DNA of 64,000 bases, from contig CAXXUK010000001.1 in the NCBI GenBank assembly GCA_963665125.2, positions 1,568,001-1,632,000 of the forward strand, written 5' to 3'. The notes under the pieces are model-generated. The model did no database searches and had not been told where the DNA came from. It worked only from the letters and a program-made list of their open reading frames with translations. This stretch comes from an uncultured Desulfarculus sp. Its GTDB lineage: Bacteria; Desulfobacterota; Desulfarculia; Desulfarculales; Desulfarculaceae. Position numbers and translations under genes: made by a program. Shown in pieces: positions 10,659 to 20,876 of this stretch. The stretch's first letter is position 1, and the number at the start of each line of letters is the position of its first letter.

Positions 10659-11462
10659 TTATGCCAATTCGTGGCTGCGTTTGGTCGCCGCCGCGACGGC
10701 CTTCATGACGGCGGCCCGAAGACCACTTTCTTCCAAGGCCAGCACGCCACTGATGGTTGTGCCGCCGGGTGAGGTGACCTGGTCCTTTAAAACAGCGGGG
10801 TGCTGACCGCTGCGGGCCACCATTTCCGCGGAACCGGCCACTGTCCGGGTGGCCAGCTCCAGGGCCACCGGCCTGGGCAGACCCTGCATCACTCCGGCGT
10901 CGGCCAGGGCCTCGATGAACATGTAGACATATGCCGGTCCGGAGCCGGAAAGCCCCGTGACGGCGTCCATCTGGGCCTCGTTGACTTGGGCCACGCTGCC
11001 CACGGCCTCAAAGACCTGACGGGCCAGCTTGAGGTGTTCCTCATCGGCCGAATCGCCGGGGGCGATGGCGGTGACGCCCTTGCCCACCAGGGCGGGAGTA
11101 TTGGGCATGGCCCGCACCACGGCGATATTTCTGGGCAAAGCGTTTTGCACCGAGGCGATGCGCACTCCGGCGGCGATGCTTATCACCAGGGCCCCGCTGT
11201 TTAAACAGCCACTGGCGCCGGACACGCAGGCCGTGATATCCAAGGGCTTGACCGCCAGGATCAGGATATCGATATTATTGAGTTCCCGGATTGCCTCGAC
11301 GACCTTTACACCGTACTCGCCGGCCAGGTACTCGGCCCTGGCGGCGCTTTTTTCCGCCACCTGGATCTGAGCGGCGTCCACGCCCTTGCCGAGCAAACCG
11401 GCCAACAAGGCCGCGCCCATGTTGCCGCCGCCGATAAATCCTATTTGTCCCTTGATAGCCAT
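10659..11462 (-). CDS. proC: Pyrroline-5-carboxylate reductase
   Basis: FIGGGNMG, RAMPNTP, SGSGPAY and VTSPGGTT. Confidence 0.97.
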   Translation of the reverse strand: MAIKGQIGFIGGGNMGAALLAGLLGKGVDAAQIQVAEKSAARAEYLAGEYGVKVVEAIRELNNIDILILAVKPLDITACVSGASGCLNSGALVISIAAGVRIASVQNALPRNIAVVRAMPNTPALVGKGVTAIAPGDSADEEHLKLARQVFEAVGSVAQVNEAQMDAVTGLSGSGPAYVYMFIEALADAGVMQGLPRPVALELATRTVAGSAEMVARSGQHPAVLKDQVTSPGGTTISGVLALEESGLRAAVMKAVAAATKRSHELA

Positions 11463-11470
11463 TTTTTCTC

Positions 11471-12883
11471 TCACGTCAGTTGGCGGACCAGGTAACTGCG
11501 GCCTCCCCTTTTGCCTTGCACTTCGACAAGTCCGGCCTCGGCCAAGGCCCGCAGCATGTTTTTGGCCGTGGAATCGGAAACGCCCAGTTCCTCACGCAGA
11601 TTCCTATTATAAACCTCTTCGCCGCTGGATTGGGCCAGCAACTTGGCCAGATGCCCCTTTCGGTTTTGGACAATGCCGTCAACGCCGGCCAAACGCGTCT
11701 CGAACAGCTTCGCAAGCGTGTCCGGATCGCCCTGGCGGACCTTTTGGGGCAGTTCTTCGGGGCCGATGAGTTCGCCATGAGCCAGGGCCACGGCCTGCTG
11801 CACCACGTTGCGCAGCTCCCGCACATTGCCCGGCCACTGGTATTTACTCAATACGGCAATGGCATCCGGGCTGAAGCCGCGCTCGCAGCCCACACTGCGG
11901 CAGGCATCCCGGCGGAAGTGCTCCACAAGCTCGGGAAGGTCTTCAATGCGCCGACGCAGGGGCGGCAGCCGCAGGGGCAGAACGTCTATGCGGTATTGCA
12001 GGGCCGTATTGAATTCGCCCCGGGACGCCAAGTCCTCAAGGTCTTGGGATGAGGCTGTAATCAGCCGGAAGTCCACCCGGACCGGCCGCTCGGAGCCCAC
12101 CGGCATCACGGCCGTTTCCTCCAGCACCCGCAGCAGTTTTTTCTGCAATTGCGGCGTGCTCTCGTTTATTTCGTCTAAAAACAAGGTGCCGCTGTCAGCC
12201 GCCCTGATATGCCCCTTGCGGGGTTTGTCCGCCCCGGTGTAGGCCCCGCGTACGCTGCCGAAGAGTTCGGCCTCCAACAGCGTCTCGGACAAGGCGGCGC
12301 AGTTGACGGCCTGGAAAGGACCGTTTCGCCTAGGAGACAGGTTGTGCAGCCGGCGGGCCATGACTTCCTTGCCCGTTCCGCTTTCACCCTGCAGACACAC
12401 CGGCAATTCGCAGGCGGCCACCCTCTCCAGTTGCTCCAGCAGTTTGGCGAACTCCGGTGATTGGCCGCCCACCATACCGTCTCCGGCAGCCGCTGACGGC
12501 CCGGCTTCCACTCCCTGCTTGGCCACTTGGCTCACGGCGGGCAGTTCCATCAGCCGATCGGACAACCCCACCAGCCTGGCCCGCATTACGGCGGCCAACT
12601 CGGGCCGCTGGGCCAGGCATTGCTCCGTTGCCTTGCCTATGGCCTCCAAAACGCCGACCTTGTCCATCCGCCCCGGCGGCATGTCCATTACGGCGCGCAC
12701 CACGCCCTTGGCCAGGCGGTTGCAAAGATCCAGGACTTCCGCATCGATATCGACTGCCGGACCCCGTATTTTTATTATTTCCGACACCCGTGGCCCCCCC
12801 ATTGCGCCAACAGATATTAGATTTGCGCTCAACCATGATGAGGCCGCAAGTAATATCTTAGTGTCAGAATGATTAGGCAACAA
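11471..12883 (-). CDS. Sigma-54-dependent transcriptional activator (start uncertain)
   Basis: GESGTGKE, GAYTGA (GAFTGA variant), LFLDEI, WPGNVREL and a C-terminal winged HTH-like region. Confidence 0.88.
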   Translation of the reverse strand: MLPNHSDTKILLAASSWLSANLISVGAMGGPRVSEIIKIRGPAVDIDAEVLDLCNRLAKGVVRAVMDMPPGRMDKVGVLEAIGKATEQCLAQRPELAAVMRARLVGLSDRLMELPAVSQVAKQGVEAGPSAAAGDGMVGGQSPEFAKLLEQLERVAACELPVCLQGESGTGKEVMARRLHNLSPRRNGPFQAVNCAALSETLLEAELFGSVRGAYTGADKPRKGHIRAADSGTLFLDEINESTPQLQKKLLRVLEETAVMPVGSERPVRVDFRLITASSQDLEDLASRGEFNTALQYRIDVLPLRLPPLRRRIEDLPELVEHFRRDACRSVGCERGFSPDAIAVLSKYQWPGNVRELRNVVQQAVALAHGELIGPEELPQKVRQGDPDTLAKLFETRLAGVDGIVQNRKGHLAKLLAQSSGEEVYNRNLREELGVSDSTAKNMLRALAEAGLVEVQGKRGGRSYLVRQLT

Positions 12884-13022
12884 TGACCTCCTGGCTGATA
12901 ACGCTTCCCGCGATCAGTGCGTAGACAACATGTCACCGTGGTTGCCTCGCCTCTGGCCGGGTGTTATAACACATTTTAAAGACATGGGAAATGACCCGTG
13001 AACCAGGCTCAATGGAGTTGGC

Positions 13023-14123
13023 ATGATTAAAAAGCGGATTTCCAGGCTGCGTGAGCTTATCCAGCGCAATCAATTGGACGGACTCCTGATCAGTCTTCCG
13101 GCAAACCGGCGCTATCTTTCGGGTTTTGAACCAGACGACAGCCAGCCGGGAGAATCGTCGGGCCACCTGCTCATTTCAGCCGCCGGAGCCTTTTTACTGA
13201 CCGACTTCCGCTATAAACTCACGGCCTTGGAGCAAGCCCAATATTTCGAGACCGTTATCTACACCAAGGGACTGGCCCACAGCCTCGGCCAACTGGCCGG
13301 TGATCTGCGCCTGAAGAAGCTTGGCTTCGAGGCGGATGCGCTACTGGTCTCGCAGTATCAAATGCTGACCAAAGCCCTGCCCGATATCGAATTTCAACCC
13401 ACCACGGGTTTCGTGTCAAAACTGCGCAAATACAAGGACAGGGCCGAGCTGATGGCCCTGGAAAAAAGCGCCCTGCTCATGGAGCGGGTACTCGATCCGA
13501 TCATGAACGGCCCCCTGGTGGGACGCAGCGAACGTGAAGTGGCCTTGCAGATCGTACGGACCATCGAAGACAACGGCGGCGACGGACCGGCCTTCCCGCC
13601 CATCGTGGCCAGCGGCCCCAACGCGGCCGAGCCCCATGCCGAGCCCGGACCGAGAATCATAGCCGAGGGCGAGCCGGTGCTGTTCGACGTGGGTGCCAAA
13701 CTGAACGGCTATCATTCGGACATGAGCCGCACTGTGGTGGCCGGCGGCCTGGAAAAGGCCGATGACCAATTCAAGAAAGTCTACGCCACGGTGCGCCAGG
13801 CCCAGTTGACGGCCCTGGAGTTGATCATGCCGGGCCTGCTGGGCGCCGAAGCTGATGAACTGGCCAGGGCCATTATCCACGAGGCCGGGTATGAGGGCAA
13901 ATTCGGCCATTCCCTGGGCCACGGCATCGGCCTGGCAACCCATGAAGCGCCCTCGGTGGGCCCCAGTTCCGGGGAGATGCTCACCGAAGGCATGGTCTTC
14001 ACCATAGAACCGGGTATCTATCTTGCCGGATGGGGCGGCGTGCGTCTGGAAGTCATGGTGGCCCTGGAGGCCGAAGGCTGCCGGCTGATCGGCAGCGGCG
14101 GCGGATTCTATGATTTGACCTGA
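13023..14123 (+). CDS. Xaa-Pro aminopeptidase (M24 family)
   Basis: YHSDMSRT, GHSLGHGIGLATHEAP and FTIEPGIY. Confidence 0.93.
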   Translation: MIKKRISRLRELIQRNQLDGLLISLPANRRYLSGFEPDDSQPGESSGHLLISAAGAFLLTDFRYKLTALEQAQYFETVIYTKGLAHSLGQLAGDLRLKKLGFEADALLVSQYQMLTKALPDIEFQPTTGFVSKLRKYKDRAELMALEKSALLMERVLDPIMNGPLVGRSEREVALQIVRTIEDNGGDGPAFPPIVASGPNAAEPHAEPGPRIIAEGEPVLFDVGAKLNGYHSDMSRTVVAGGLEKADDQFKKVYATVRQAQLTALELIMPGLLGAEADELARAIIHEAGYEGKFGHSLGHGIGLATHEAPSVGPSSGEMLTEGMVFTIEPGIYLAGWGGVRLEVMVALEAEGCRLIGSGGGFYDLT

Positions 14124-14140
14124 GCAGGCGGTGCGAACCC

Positions 14141-15055
14141 GTGACACCCAAAACTGATCTTGACCTCTACGGCATGGTCGATGTTTACCTGAGCCACCTT
14201 GCCGCCGAGCGGGGCCTGGCCGAGACCACGGTGCGCTCCTACGCCGAGGACCTGGCCGACATCTGCGGCTTTTTGGACCAAAACGGCGTCACGGCCTGGG
14301 ACCAGTTCAAAGACCTGCACATGGTATCCTACCTGGCCCAAAAGGCCAGGGATGGGCTGGCTCCGGCCAGCCGGGCCAGACGCCTGTCGGCGGCCCGGGG
14401 GCTGATGCAGTACCTCATGCGCAGGGAGCTTCTGGACGACGATCCCCTGGCCGGCCTGCGGGGGCCCAAGCAAAACCAGGGTCTTCCCAGCTTTCTGAGC
14501 CGGGAGGAGATCAGCCGTTTGCTGGAAACCCCGCCGGACCACACAGACCTGGGCCTGCGCGACCGGGCCATGCTGGAAATGATGTACGGCGCCGGGCTCA
14601 GGGCATCGGAGATAACCACCATCGGAGTGGGCCAGATCCAATTCCAGGTGGGCTGCCTGATGGTCCGGGGCAAGGGCAACAAGGAGCGCATCGTGCCCCT
14701 GCACCAGCTGGCCCTGGACCGGCTGGGGGCATACCTGGAAGGCCCCCGGGCCCGGCTGCTGGCCGGTCGGCCGCCCAGGGAAGAAGTCTTCCTGAACGCC
14801 AGGGGCGGCGCCCTTAGCCGCATGGGCCTTTGGAAGATTCTGAGCAAACACGTGACCGCGGCGGGCATAACAACCCATGTCAGCCCGCACACCCTGCGCC
14901 ACACCTTTGCCACCCACCTGTTGGAAGGCGGCGCCGACCTGCGAAGCGTACAACTGATGCTGGGCCATGCGGACATCAGCACGACACAAGTGTATACTCA
15001 CGTTACGACCAAACGACTGGCAGAAGTGCACAGCCGCTATCACCCCAGGGGGTGA
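14141..15055 (+). CDS. xerD: Site-specific tyrosine recombinase XerD
   Basis: RDRAMLEMMYGAGLRASE, GKGNKERIVP and SPHTLRHTFATHLLEGGADLRSVQLMLGH. Confidence 0.93.
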   Translation: MTPKTDLDLYGMVDVYLSHLAAERGLAETTVRSYAEDLADICGFLDQNGVTAWDQFKDLHMVSYLAQKARDGLAPASRARRLSAARGLMQYLMRRELLDDDPLAGLRGPKQNQGLPSFLSREEISRLLETPPDHTDLGLRDRAMLEMMYGAGLRASEITTIGVGQIQFQVGCLMVRGKGNKERIVPLHQLALDRLGAYLEGPRARLLAGRPPREEVFLNARGGALSRMGLWKILSKHVTAAGITTHVSPHTLRHTFATHLLEGGADLRSVQLMLGHADISTTQVYTHVTTKRLAEVHSRYHPRG

Positions 15056-15063
15056 AGGAGACC

Positions 15064-17742
15064 ATGGCCGACAACAACAATAACAACATCCGCAACGTGG
15101 ATGTGATCACCACCCACGTCAACGCGGACTTCGACGCCCTGGCCAGCATGCTGGCCGCGGCCAAGCTCTACCCCCAGGCCATGCTGGCCTTCCCAGGGGC
15201 CCAGGAGCGCAACCTGCGCAACTTTTACGTTGAGTCGGTGTGCTTTCTCTACAATTTCGTCAAAGTCAAACAGGTGCCTTTTGACAGGGTCAAGCGGCTG
15301 ATATTGGTGGACACCAGGCGCAAGGACCGCATCGGCGCCTTTGCCAAACTGGCCAAGGACCCCGAGGTCGAAGTCATAGCCTATGACCACCACCCTGACA
15401 GCGAACAGGACGTCAAGGCCGACCAACAAGAGGTGGAGCAGATCGGCGCCACGGTGAGCCTGTTGTGCCGCCATTTGCGGGAGCAACAAATCGAACTCAC
15501 CGAGGACGAAGCCACCCTGATGTCCCTGGGCATCTATGAAGACACCGGCAGTTTCACCTTCACCTCCACCACGCCGGACGACTACCAGGCCGCCGCATGG
15601 TTCCTGCATCAAGGGGCCAATCTCAGCGTGATCAGCGAATTGATCACCCGCGAACTCACGGCCGAGGAAATAGGCCTGTTGAACGACCTGATCCACGACT
15701 CGGAAAAAACAAACGTCAACGGCACCGAGGTGGTGATCTCCGAAGTCAGCCGTGAAACCTACTTTCCCGAGTTCGCCGTCTTGGTGCACAAGTTCATGGA
15801 GATGGAAAACCTCGACGCCATCTTCGCCCTGGCCCGCATGGAGGGCCGCATCTACCTGGTGGCCCGCTCCCGGCTGCACGAGGTTGACGTGGGCGTCATC
15901 ACCAAGGCAATGGGCGGCGGCGGACACCCCACGGCGGCCAGCGCCACCATGCGCGACATCACCTTGGTGGAGGCCCGGGCCAAGCTGGAAATGGCCCTGC
16001 AGACCCACATCAACCCCAGCATAATGGCCAGCCAGTTGATGACAAGCCCGGTGATCACCGTGGAAATCGACACACCCCTGAGCGAACTGCCGGACCGTTT
16101 CACCCGCTATGACATCAACGTTCTGCCCGTGGTTCAAAACAACGAAATCAAGGGCATAATCACCCGCCAAGACGTGGAAAAGGCCGTCTACCATGGACTG
16201 GGCAACTATCCCATCGGCGAATACATGACGCCGGGGGTGCATCCGGTGGCGCCCAATGCGCCGCTGGCCGATGTGGAAAAGGCCCTTCTGGAAGAGCGCT
16301 TCCGCCTTATTCCGGTGATGGAAGACGGCAAGATGCTCGGCGTGATCACCCGCACCGACCTGCTCAATACGCTCATCGAACGGCCCCTGGTGGCCGATCA
16401 CCTGCAGAACGACGACACCGGCAACCACCCCATCCGCCATAAAAACGTGGGCAACATGGTGCGCGAACGACTGCCCAAACCCGTTGTGCGCATCTTGCAG
16501 GATATCGGCAAGGTGGGCGACGACCTGGGCATGGACGTCTACCTGGTGGGCGGCTCGGTGCGCGATCTGTTCCTGCGCAGCGACAACCTGGACCTGGACG
16601 TGGTCGTAGAGGGCGACGGCATCCGTTTGGCCCGGACCTTCAGCAAATTCCGAGGCGACGTGCGCGTTCGAGCCCACAAGAAATTCAACACGGCCAAGCT
16701 TATTTTCGACGACGGCCTGACCATCGACGTAGCCTCGGCCCGCCTGGAATACTACATGTCTCCGGCGGCCCTGCCCGTGGTGGAGCATTCCAGCATCAAG
16801 CTGGACCTCTACCGCCGGGACTTCACAATCAACACCCTGGCCATCAAGCTCAGCGGCGGCCAATTCGGCATGCTCATCGACTTTTTCGAAGCCATGCGCG
16901 ACATCAAGGAAAAGGTCATCAGGGTGTTGCACAACCTGTCTTTCGTGGAAGACCCCACCAGGGTTTTCCGGGCCATTCGCTTTGAACAGCGCTTCGGCTT
17001 CCGCATCGGCAAGCTCACCGAGGCCCTGATAAAAAACGCCATCAAGATCGACGCCTTCAGGCGGTTGACCGGCACCCGTCTTTTCAGCGAGTTCAAGCAT
17101 ATGCTTGATGAAGAAAAGGTCACCGACTGCATCCAGAGGCTGGATCAATTCAAGCTGCTGGGCATTTTTCACTCCGAACTCAAACTTACGCCTAAACAAA
17201 ACGAGATCCTGGGCCGGGCCGATGAAGCACTGTCCTGGTACAAGCTTTCCTTTATTGAAAAGCCGCTCAGGCGCTGGCTGTTGTTCTTCCTGGCCATGAC
17301 CGAAGGCTTGGACGAAAACCAGGTTGGTGAAATGTGCCGCAGGCTGAGCATGGCTCCCAAGCTGCGTAACGAAATCCGCGAGATGCGGGCCAATGCCCTA
17401 AAGGCCGTCAACATCATGCAGCGCCGCACTCCGCCCGCATCGCTCATCCACAAGCTGCTGATTCCGCTGCATCTGGAATACCAGCTTTTCATCATGGCCA
17501 AAACCGGCAAGGAGCACGTGCGCCGGGCCGTGAGCCAGTATCTGACAACGCTGGTCAACATTCGGCCCGAAACCACAGGTGACGACCTTACGGCCATGGG
17601 CTATGAACCGGGCCCGTTATACAAGAAGATCCTGGACCGCATTCTCGCGGCGAAGCTCGACGGCGAGGTCCTGGGACGCCAGGGCGAGATAGACCTGATC
17701 AAACGCGAATTCAGCCATCATCCAGCGGAGGCCGCTTCATGA
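15064..17742 (+). CDS. DHH-CBS-tRNA nucleotidyltransferase (probably A-adding enzyme)
   Basis: THVNADFDA and DHH, GGGGH, a CBS pair, VGGSVRD..DLD, RRDFTINT and EDPTRVFRAIRF. ATG at 15064 follows AAGGAG. Confidence 0.9.
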   Translation: MADNNNNNIRNVDVITTHVNADFDALASMLAAAKLYPQAMLAFPGAQERNLRNFYVESVCFLYNFVKVKQVPFDRVKRLILVDTRRKDRIGAFAKLAKDPEVEVIAYDHHPDSEQDVKADQQEVEQIGATVSLLCRHLREQQIELTEDEATLMSLGIYEDTGSFTFTSTTPDDYQAAAWFLHQGANLSVISELITRELTAEEIGLLNDLIHDSEKTNVNGTEVVISEVSRETYFPEFAVLVHKFMEMENLDAIFALARMEGRIYLVARSRLHEVDVGVITKAMGGGGHPTAASATMRDITLVEARAKLEMALQTHINPSIMASQLMTSPVITVEIDTPLSELPDRFTRYDINVLPVVQNNEIKGIITRQDVEKAVYHGLGNYPIGEYMTPGVHPVAPNAPLADVEKALLEERFRLIPVMEDGKMLGVITRTDLLNTLIERPLVADHLQNDDTGNHPIRHKNVGNMVRERLPKPVVRILQDIGKVGDDLGMDVYLVGGSVRDLFLRSDNLDLDVVVEGDGIRLARTFSKFRGDVRVRAHKKFNTAKLIFDDGLTIDVASARLEYYMSPAALPVVEHSSIKLDLYRRDFTINTLAIKLSGGQFGMLIDFFEAMRDIKEKVIRVLHNLSFVEDPTRVFRAIRFEQRFGFRIGKLTEALIKNAIKIDAFRRLTGTRLFSEFKHMLDEEKVTDCIQRLDQFKLLGIFHSELKLTPKQNEILGRADEALSWYKLSFIEKPLRRWLLFFLAMTEGLDENQVGEMCRRLSMAPKLRNEIREMRANALKAVNIMQRRTPPASLIHKLLIPLHLEYQLFIMAKTGKEHVRRAVSQYLTTLVNIRPETTGDDLTAMGYEPGPLYKKILDRILAAKLDGEVLGRQGEIDLIKREFSHHPAEAAS

Positions 17743-18407
17743 ATTTTGATTTTACGGAATTTTTAATCAGGGTTTTGCTGTTGGCGCCGCCGATCCTCAT
17801 AGCCCTTACCGTGCACGAGGTGTCCCACGGCGTCGTGGCCCTGCGCTTCGGAGACCCCACGGCCAAGATGGCCGGGCGCCTGACCCTCAATCCCCTGAAG
17901 CACCTGGACCCGGCGGGCACCCTGGTCTTTTTCGTCACGGCCTTTCTTGGCTCGGGCTTTGGCTGGGCCAAACCAGTGCCGGTAAACCCGCGCTATTTCA
18001 AGAATCCGCGCAAGGACATGATGTGGGTTTCGGCGGCCGGCCCCATTGCCAATATTCTGTGTGCCACGGCCTGTGCCTTTGTGCTAAAAGGTGTGGTGGC
18101 TTTGGGGTTGCACCAGGGCATGGCAGGGGCGTTTTTGGGCCAAATGTTCGCCTATGGCGTATTCATCAACGTGATCCTGGCCTTTTTTAACCTGATCCCC
18201 CTGCCTCCGCTGGACGGCTCCGGGGTGTTGGCCGGGCTGTTGCCGCCCCGTGCCGCTTACAGTTATCAGCAAAAGCTGAGCCGCTACGGTTTCGCCATTC
18301 TGCTGGCTTTGCTGTTTTTACCGGCGCTGATTCCGGTCTTTCCCGACATTATCGGCGGGATCATCGTACCGGCCGCCGCCTGGCTGACCGATCTGCTTAT
18401 TGGCTGA
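17739..18407 (+). CDS. Site-2 protease family (M50) membrane metalloprotease
   Basis: HEVSH, AAGPIAN and FNLIPLPPLDG. Confidence 0.93.
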   Translation: MNFDFTEFLIRVLLLAPPILIALTVHEVSHGVVALRFGDPTAKMAGRLTLNPLKHLDPAGTLVFFVTAFLGSGFGWAKPVPVNPRYFKNPRKDMMWVSAAGPIANILCATACAFVLKGVVALGLHQGMAGAFLGQMFAYGVFINVILAFFNLIPLPPLDGSGVLAGLLPPRAAYSYQQKLSRYGFAILLALLFLPALIPVFPDIIGGIIVPAAAWLTDLLIG

Positions 18408-18414
18408 GTAGCGC

Positions 18415-19191
18415 ATGGACGTTGCGGTAAAGCTTGAAATATTCGAAGGGCCGCTGGACCTGCTGTTACACCTCATCCGCAAGAATGAGGTGGACATCTA
18501 TGACATACCCATCGCCCTGATCACCAAGCAATACCTTGACTACCTCGAAATGATGCGCGAACTCAACATCAGCTTGGCCGGTGAGTTCCTGGTCATGGCC
18601 AGCACCCTGACCCACATCAAAAGCCGCATGTTGCTGCCCAGCTATAGCAAGGCCGATGATGACGACGAGGACGGCGACCCGTTGGACAACCTGGTCGAGC
18701 GGCTCAGAGATCACATGCGCATCAAGGCCGCCGCTGATATGCTCATGGAGCGCCAGTGGCTGGACCGCGACGTGTTCATGCGCCAGGCCGCAGTGCAGGA
18801 GATCGACCATGCCGTGCAGTCCCAGCCCCAGCAACTGGTGGCTGCGGGGGTTTTCGAGCTAATCGAGGCCTTTCGGGAGCTGTTGGCCGACCGCTCCCGC
18901 CAATTAGTGCTGGACCTGCCCCTGGCCCGGATGTCCGTCGAAGACCGTATGGGCGTGCTTCTGGACCAGTTGCGCAGACACGAGAGCCTTTCGTTCATCG
19001 AGTGCTTTGCCGGCGACCTGGACCGCTCGCACATGGTGGTGACGTTTTTGTCCATACTTGAACTCACCCGCCTGGGCCTGATAAGGGTGTATCAGGAGCG
19101 CCTGGATGAGGAACACCGGCCCAGCGTCCAATGGAGCGTATTGCGCGTGTTTTTGCGCGAAAACGAGGATGAACTGGAGGACGAACTCTAG
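18415..19191 (+). CDS. scpA: Segregation and condensation protein A
   Basis: FEGPLDLLLHLI and VVTFLSILEL. Confidence 0.96.
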   Translation: MDVAVKLEIFEGPLDLLLHLIRKNEVDIYDIPIALITKQYLDYLEMMRELNISLAGEFLVMASTLTHIKSRMLLPSYSKADDDDEDGDPLDNLVERLRDHMRIKAAADMLMERQWLDRDVFMRQAAVQEIDHAVQSQPQQLVAAGVFELIEAFRELLADRSRQLVLDLPLARMSVEDRMGVLLDQLRRHESLSFIECFAGDLDRSHMVVTFLSILELTRLGLIRVYQERLDEEHRPSVQWSVLRVFLRENEDELEDEL

Positions 19192-19853
19192 TGCATATCA
19201 ATATCAAGCGCATAATCGAAGGCCTGCTGTTCGTGGCCGAGGCACCGCTGAACGCAGCGCAGATCGCCCAGATCCTGGAAGCGCCCCATGCCGATGACGT
19301 GCAGGCGGCCGTTGACGAGCTTGTGGCCGAATACCGGTCCATGGAGCGGGCCTACACCATTGTCGAGGTGGGCGGCGGCTACATCTTCCGCTCCCGGCCG
19401 GAAATGGCCCCCTGGCTCAGCCGCCTGCGCAAGCAGCAGGCCAGCAAACTCAGCCGAGCCGCCCTGGAGACCCTGGCCATCGTTGCCTACAAGCAGCCCG
19501 TGCTCAGGGCCGAAATCGAACGCATCCGTGGCGTGGACGTGGGTGGGGTGTTGCGCATGCTTATGGAGCGCAACCTCCTGCGGGTTGCCGGCCGCCGGGA
19601 CCTGCCCGGCAAGCCCCTGGTCTATGCCACCACCAAACGTTTTTTGGAGTTTTTCGACCTCAAGGACATCAGTGAACTACCCACCCTGGAAGAAATCGAC
19701 AGGCTCACCAATGATCCGGAACAAGCCTTCGAGGCCCAGCAGTTGCTGAATTTCCCGGAACAAAGGGAAGATGACGACGAGCCGGAGCTTCCCTACAACG
19801 GATCTTCCACGGAAGATTCCCAAGACTCCGGTGAAACACCGGAAAATCAATAA
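19191..19853 (+). CDS. scpB: Segregation and condensation protein B
   Basis: IEGLLF, LSRAALETLAIVAYKQP and IRGV. Confidence 0.96.
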   Translation: MHINIKRIIEGLLFVAEAPLNAAQIAQILEAPHADDVQAAVDELVAEYRSMERAYTIVEVGGGYIFRSRPEMAPWLSRLRKQQASKLSRAALETLAIVAYKQPVLRAEIERIRGVDVGGVLRMLMERNLLRVAGRRDLPGKPLVYATTKRFLEFFDLKDISELPTLEEIDRLTNDPEQAFEAQQLLNFPEQREDDDEPELPYNGSSTEDSQDSGETPENQ

Positions 19854-19864
19854 CGGATACGCAT

Positions 19865-20671
19865 TTGGCAAAAGACCGCTTGCAAAAGATCCTGGCCCAC
19901 GCCGGGGTGGCCAGCCGCAGGGCTGCCGAGGAAATGATCAGACAGGGCCGGGTCGGCGTCAACGGCAAAACCGTGACGCAACTAGGCGTCAAAGCCGATC
20001 CGACGCGCCAATCCATTACTGTTGACGGCAAGCCCATCGCCAGCAAGGAAATCAAGGAATACTGGCTAATCAACAAACCCGTGGGTTTTGTCAGCACCGT
20101 GCGCGACCCCCAGGGCAGGCCACTGATCGGCGATCTGTTGCCCGAACAGGCCAGGGGCCGGCTTTACCCGGTGGGAAGGCTTGACATCGACTCCGAGGGC
20201 CTGGTGCTCATGACCAACGACGGCGATCTGGCCCACAGGCTGATGCACCCCAGCTACGGCGTAGCCAAAATCTACCGCGTATGGCTGGGCGGCAGACCCA
20301 CGGCCGGCCAACTAGAAGCGGTGCGTACCGGCGTTGAGTACGAAGGCGTTCAGTACGCCCCGGCCCAGGTTACCATCAAGTCGGCCACGCCCAAACAGGC
20401 CAAGGTGCATATGGAGTTGCACGAGGGCCGCAAGCGCGAGATCCGCTACATCTGGCGGGCTCTGGGCATGAGAGTGACCAAGCTGGTGCGGGTGGGCATG
20501 GGCCCACTGCGGCTTGAAGACTTGCCGGTGGGCGCGGCGCGGCGTCTGCGTCGCGACGAGTTGTCCAAGTTAAAGCGGGCGGTTCAGACATTATCTGGTT
20601 GCAAACCAGGCTCCCATGGTGTACAAAAATCGCCGCGGCAGGGTGTAAAGCCCACCCGCAAAAAAACATAG
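19865..20671 (+). CDS. rluB: rRNA pseudouridine synthase, RluB/RsuA family
   Basis: S4 domain RLQKILA..ASRR, catalytic VGRLD, and position after scpAB. Confidence 0.88.
   Translation: MAKDRLQKILAHAGVASRRAAEEMIRQGRVGVNGKTVTQLGVKADPTRQSITVDGKPIASKEIKEYWLINKPVGFVSTVRDPQGRPLIGDLLPEQARGRLYPVGRLDIDSEGLVLMTNDGDLAHRLMHPSYGVAKIYRVWLGGRPTAGQLEAVRTGVEYEGVQYAPAQVTIKSATPKQAKVHMELHEGRKREIRYIWRALGMRVTKLVRVGMGPLRLEDLPVGAARRLRRDELSKLKRAVQTLSGCKPGSHGVQKSPRQGVKPTRKKT
20599..20627 (+). promoter_or_regulatory. Probable sigma-70 promoter for tRNA-Val, inside the rluB 3' end
   Basis: TTGCAA-17 nt-TACAAA. Confidence 0.5.
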
Positions 20672-20744
20672 GGCCGTAACTCAGCGGGAGAGTGCCATCC
20701 TCACACGGTGGAAGTCATGGGTTCAAATCCCATCGGCCCTACCA
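20670..20744 (+). tRNA. tRNA-Val (anticodon CAC); probable prophage integration site
   Basis: Acceptor stem AGGGCCG/CGGCCCT, anticodon arm CCATC-CTCACAC-GGTGG, T-loop GTTCAAATC and encoded CCA. Confidence 0.96.
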
Positions 20745-20755
20745 CTAAACAATTA

Positions 20756-20789
20756 CAAGGGCTTAGCTGGTTTTCCGGCTAAGCCCTTG
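20756..20789. terminator. Hairpin between the tRNA and the integrase 3' end
   Basis: CAAGGGCTTAGCTGG-TTTT-CCGGCTAAGCCCTTG. Confidence 0.7.
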
Positions 20790-20809
20790 ATACGTTTGTT
20801 GAGCCGATT

Positions 20810-20853
20810 TTCCTTACTACTTCCTTACTACTTTGCCAAAATTCCTTACTACT
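20810..20853. repeat. Three direct repeats TTCCTTACTACT; probable integrase arm-type sites
   Basis: Exact copies at 20810-20821, 20821-20832 and 20842-20853, between the tRNA and the integrase stop. Confidence 0.75.
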
Positions 20854-20876
20854 CGTTTTTGAGCTGCAGCTGGAAG

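Noticed and set aside
14141..15055. Tyrosine recombinase as a mobile-element integrase
   Set aside because: It has canonical XerD motifs and sits in a housekeeping operon.
14830..15063. N-terminal extension of the 970-aa ORF; likewise 8243, 43873, 35808, 34672 and 62889
   Set aside because: These overlap upstream genes; downstream ATGs with RBSs give the credible starts.
20810..20853. Short direct repeats as a CRISPR array
   Set aside because: The units are 12 bp with 0-9 nt spacing and no cas operon is present; they fit integrase arm sites better.
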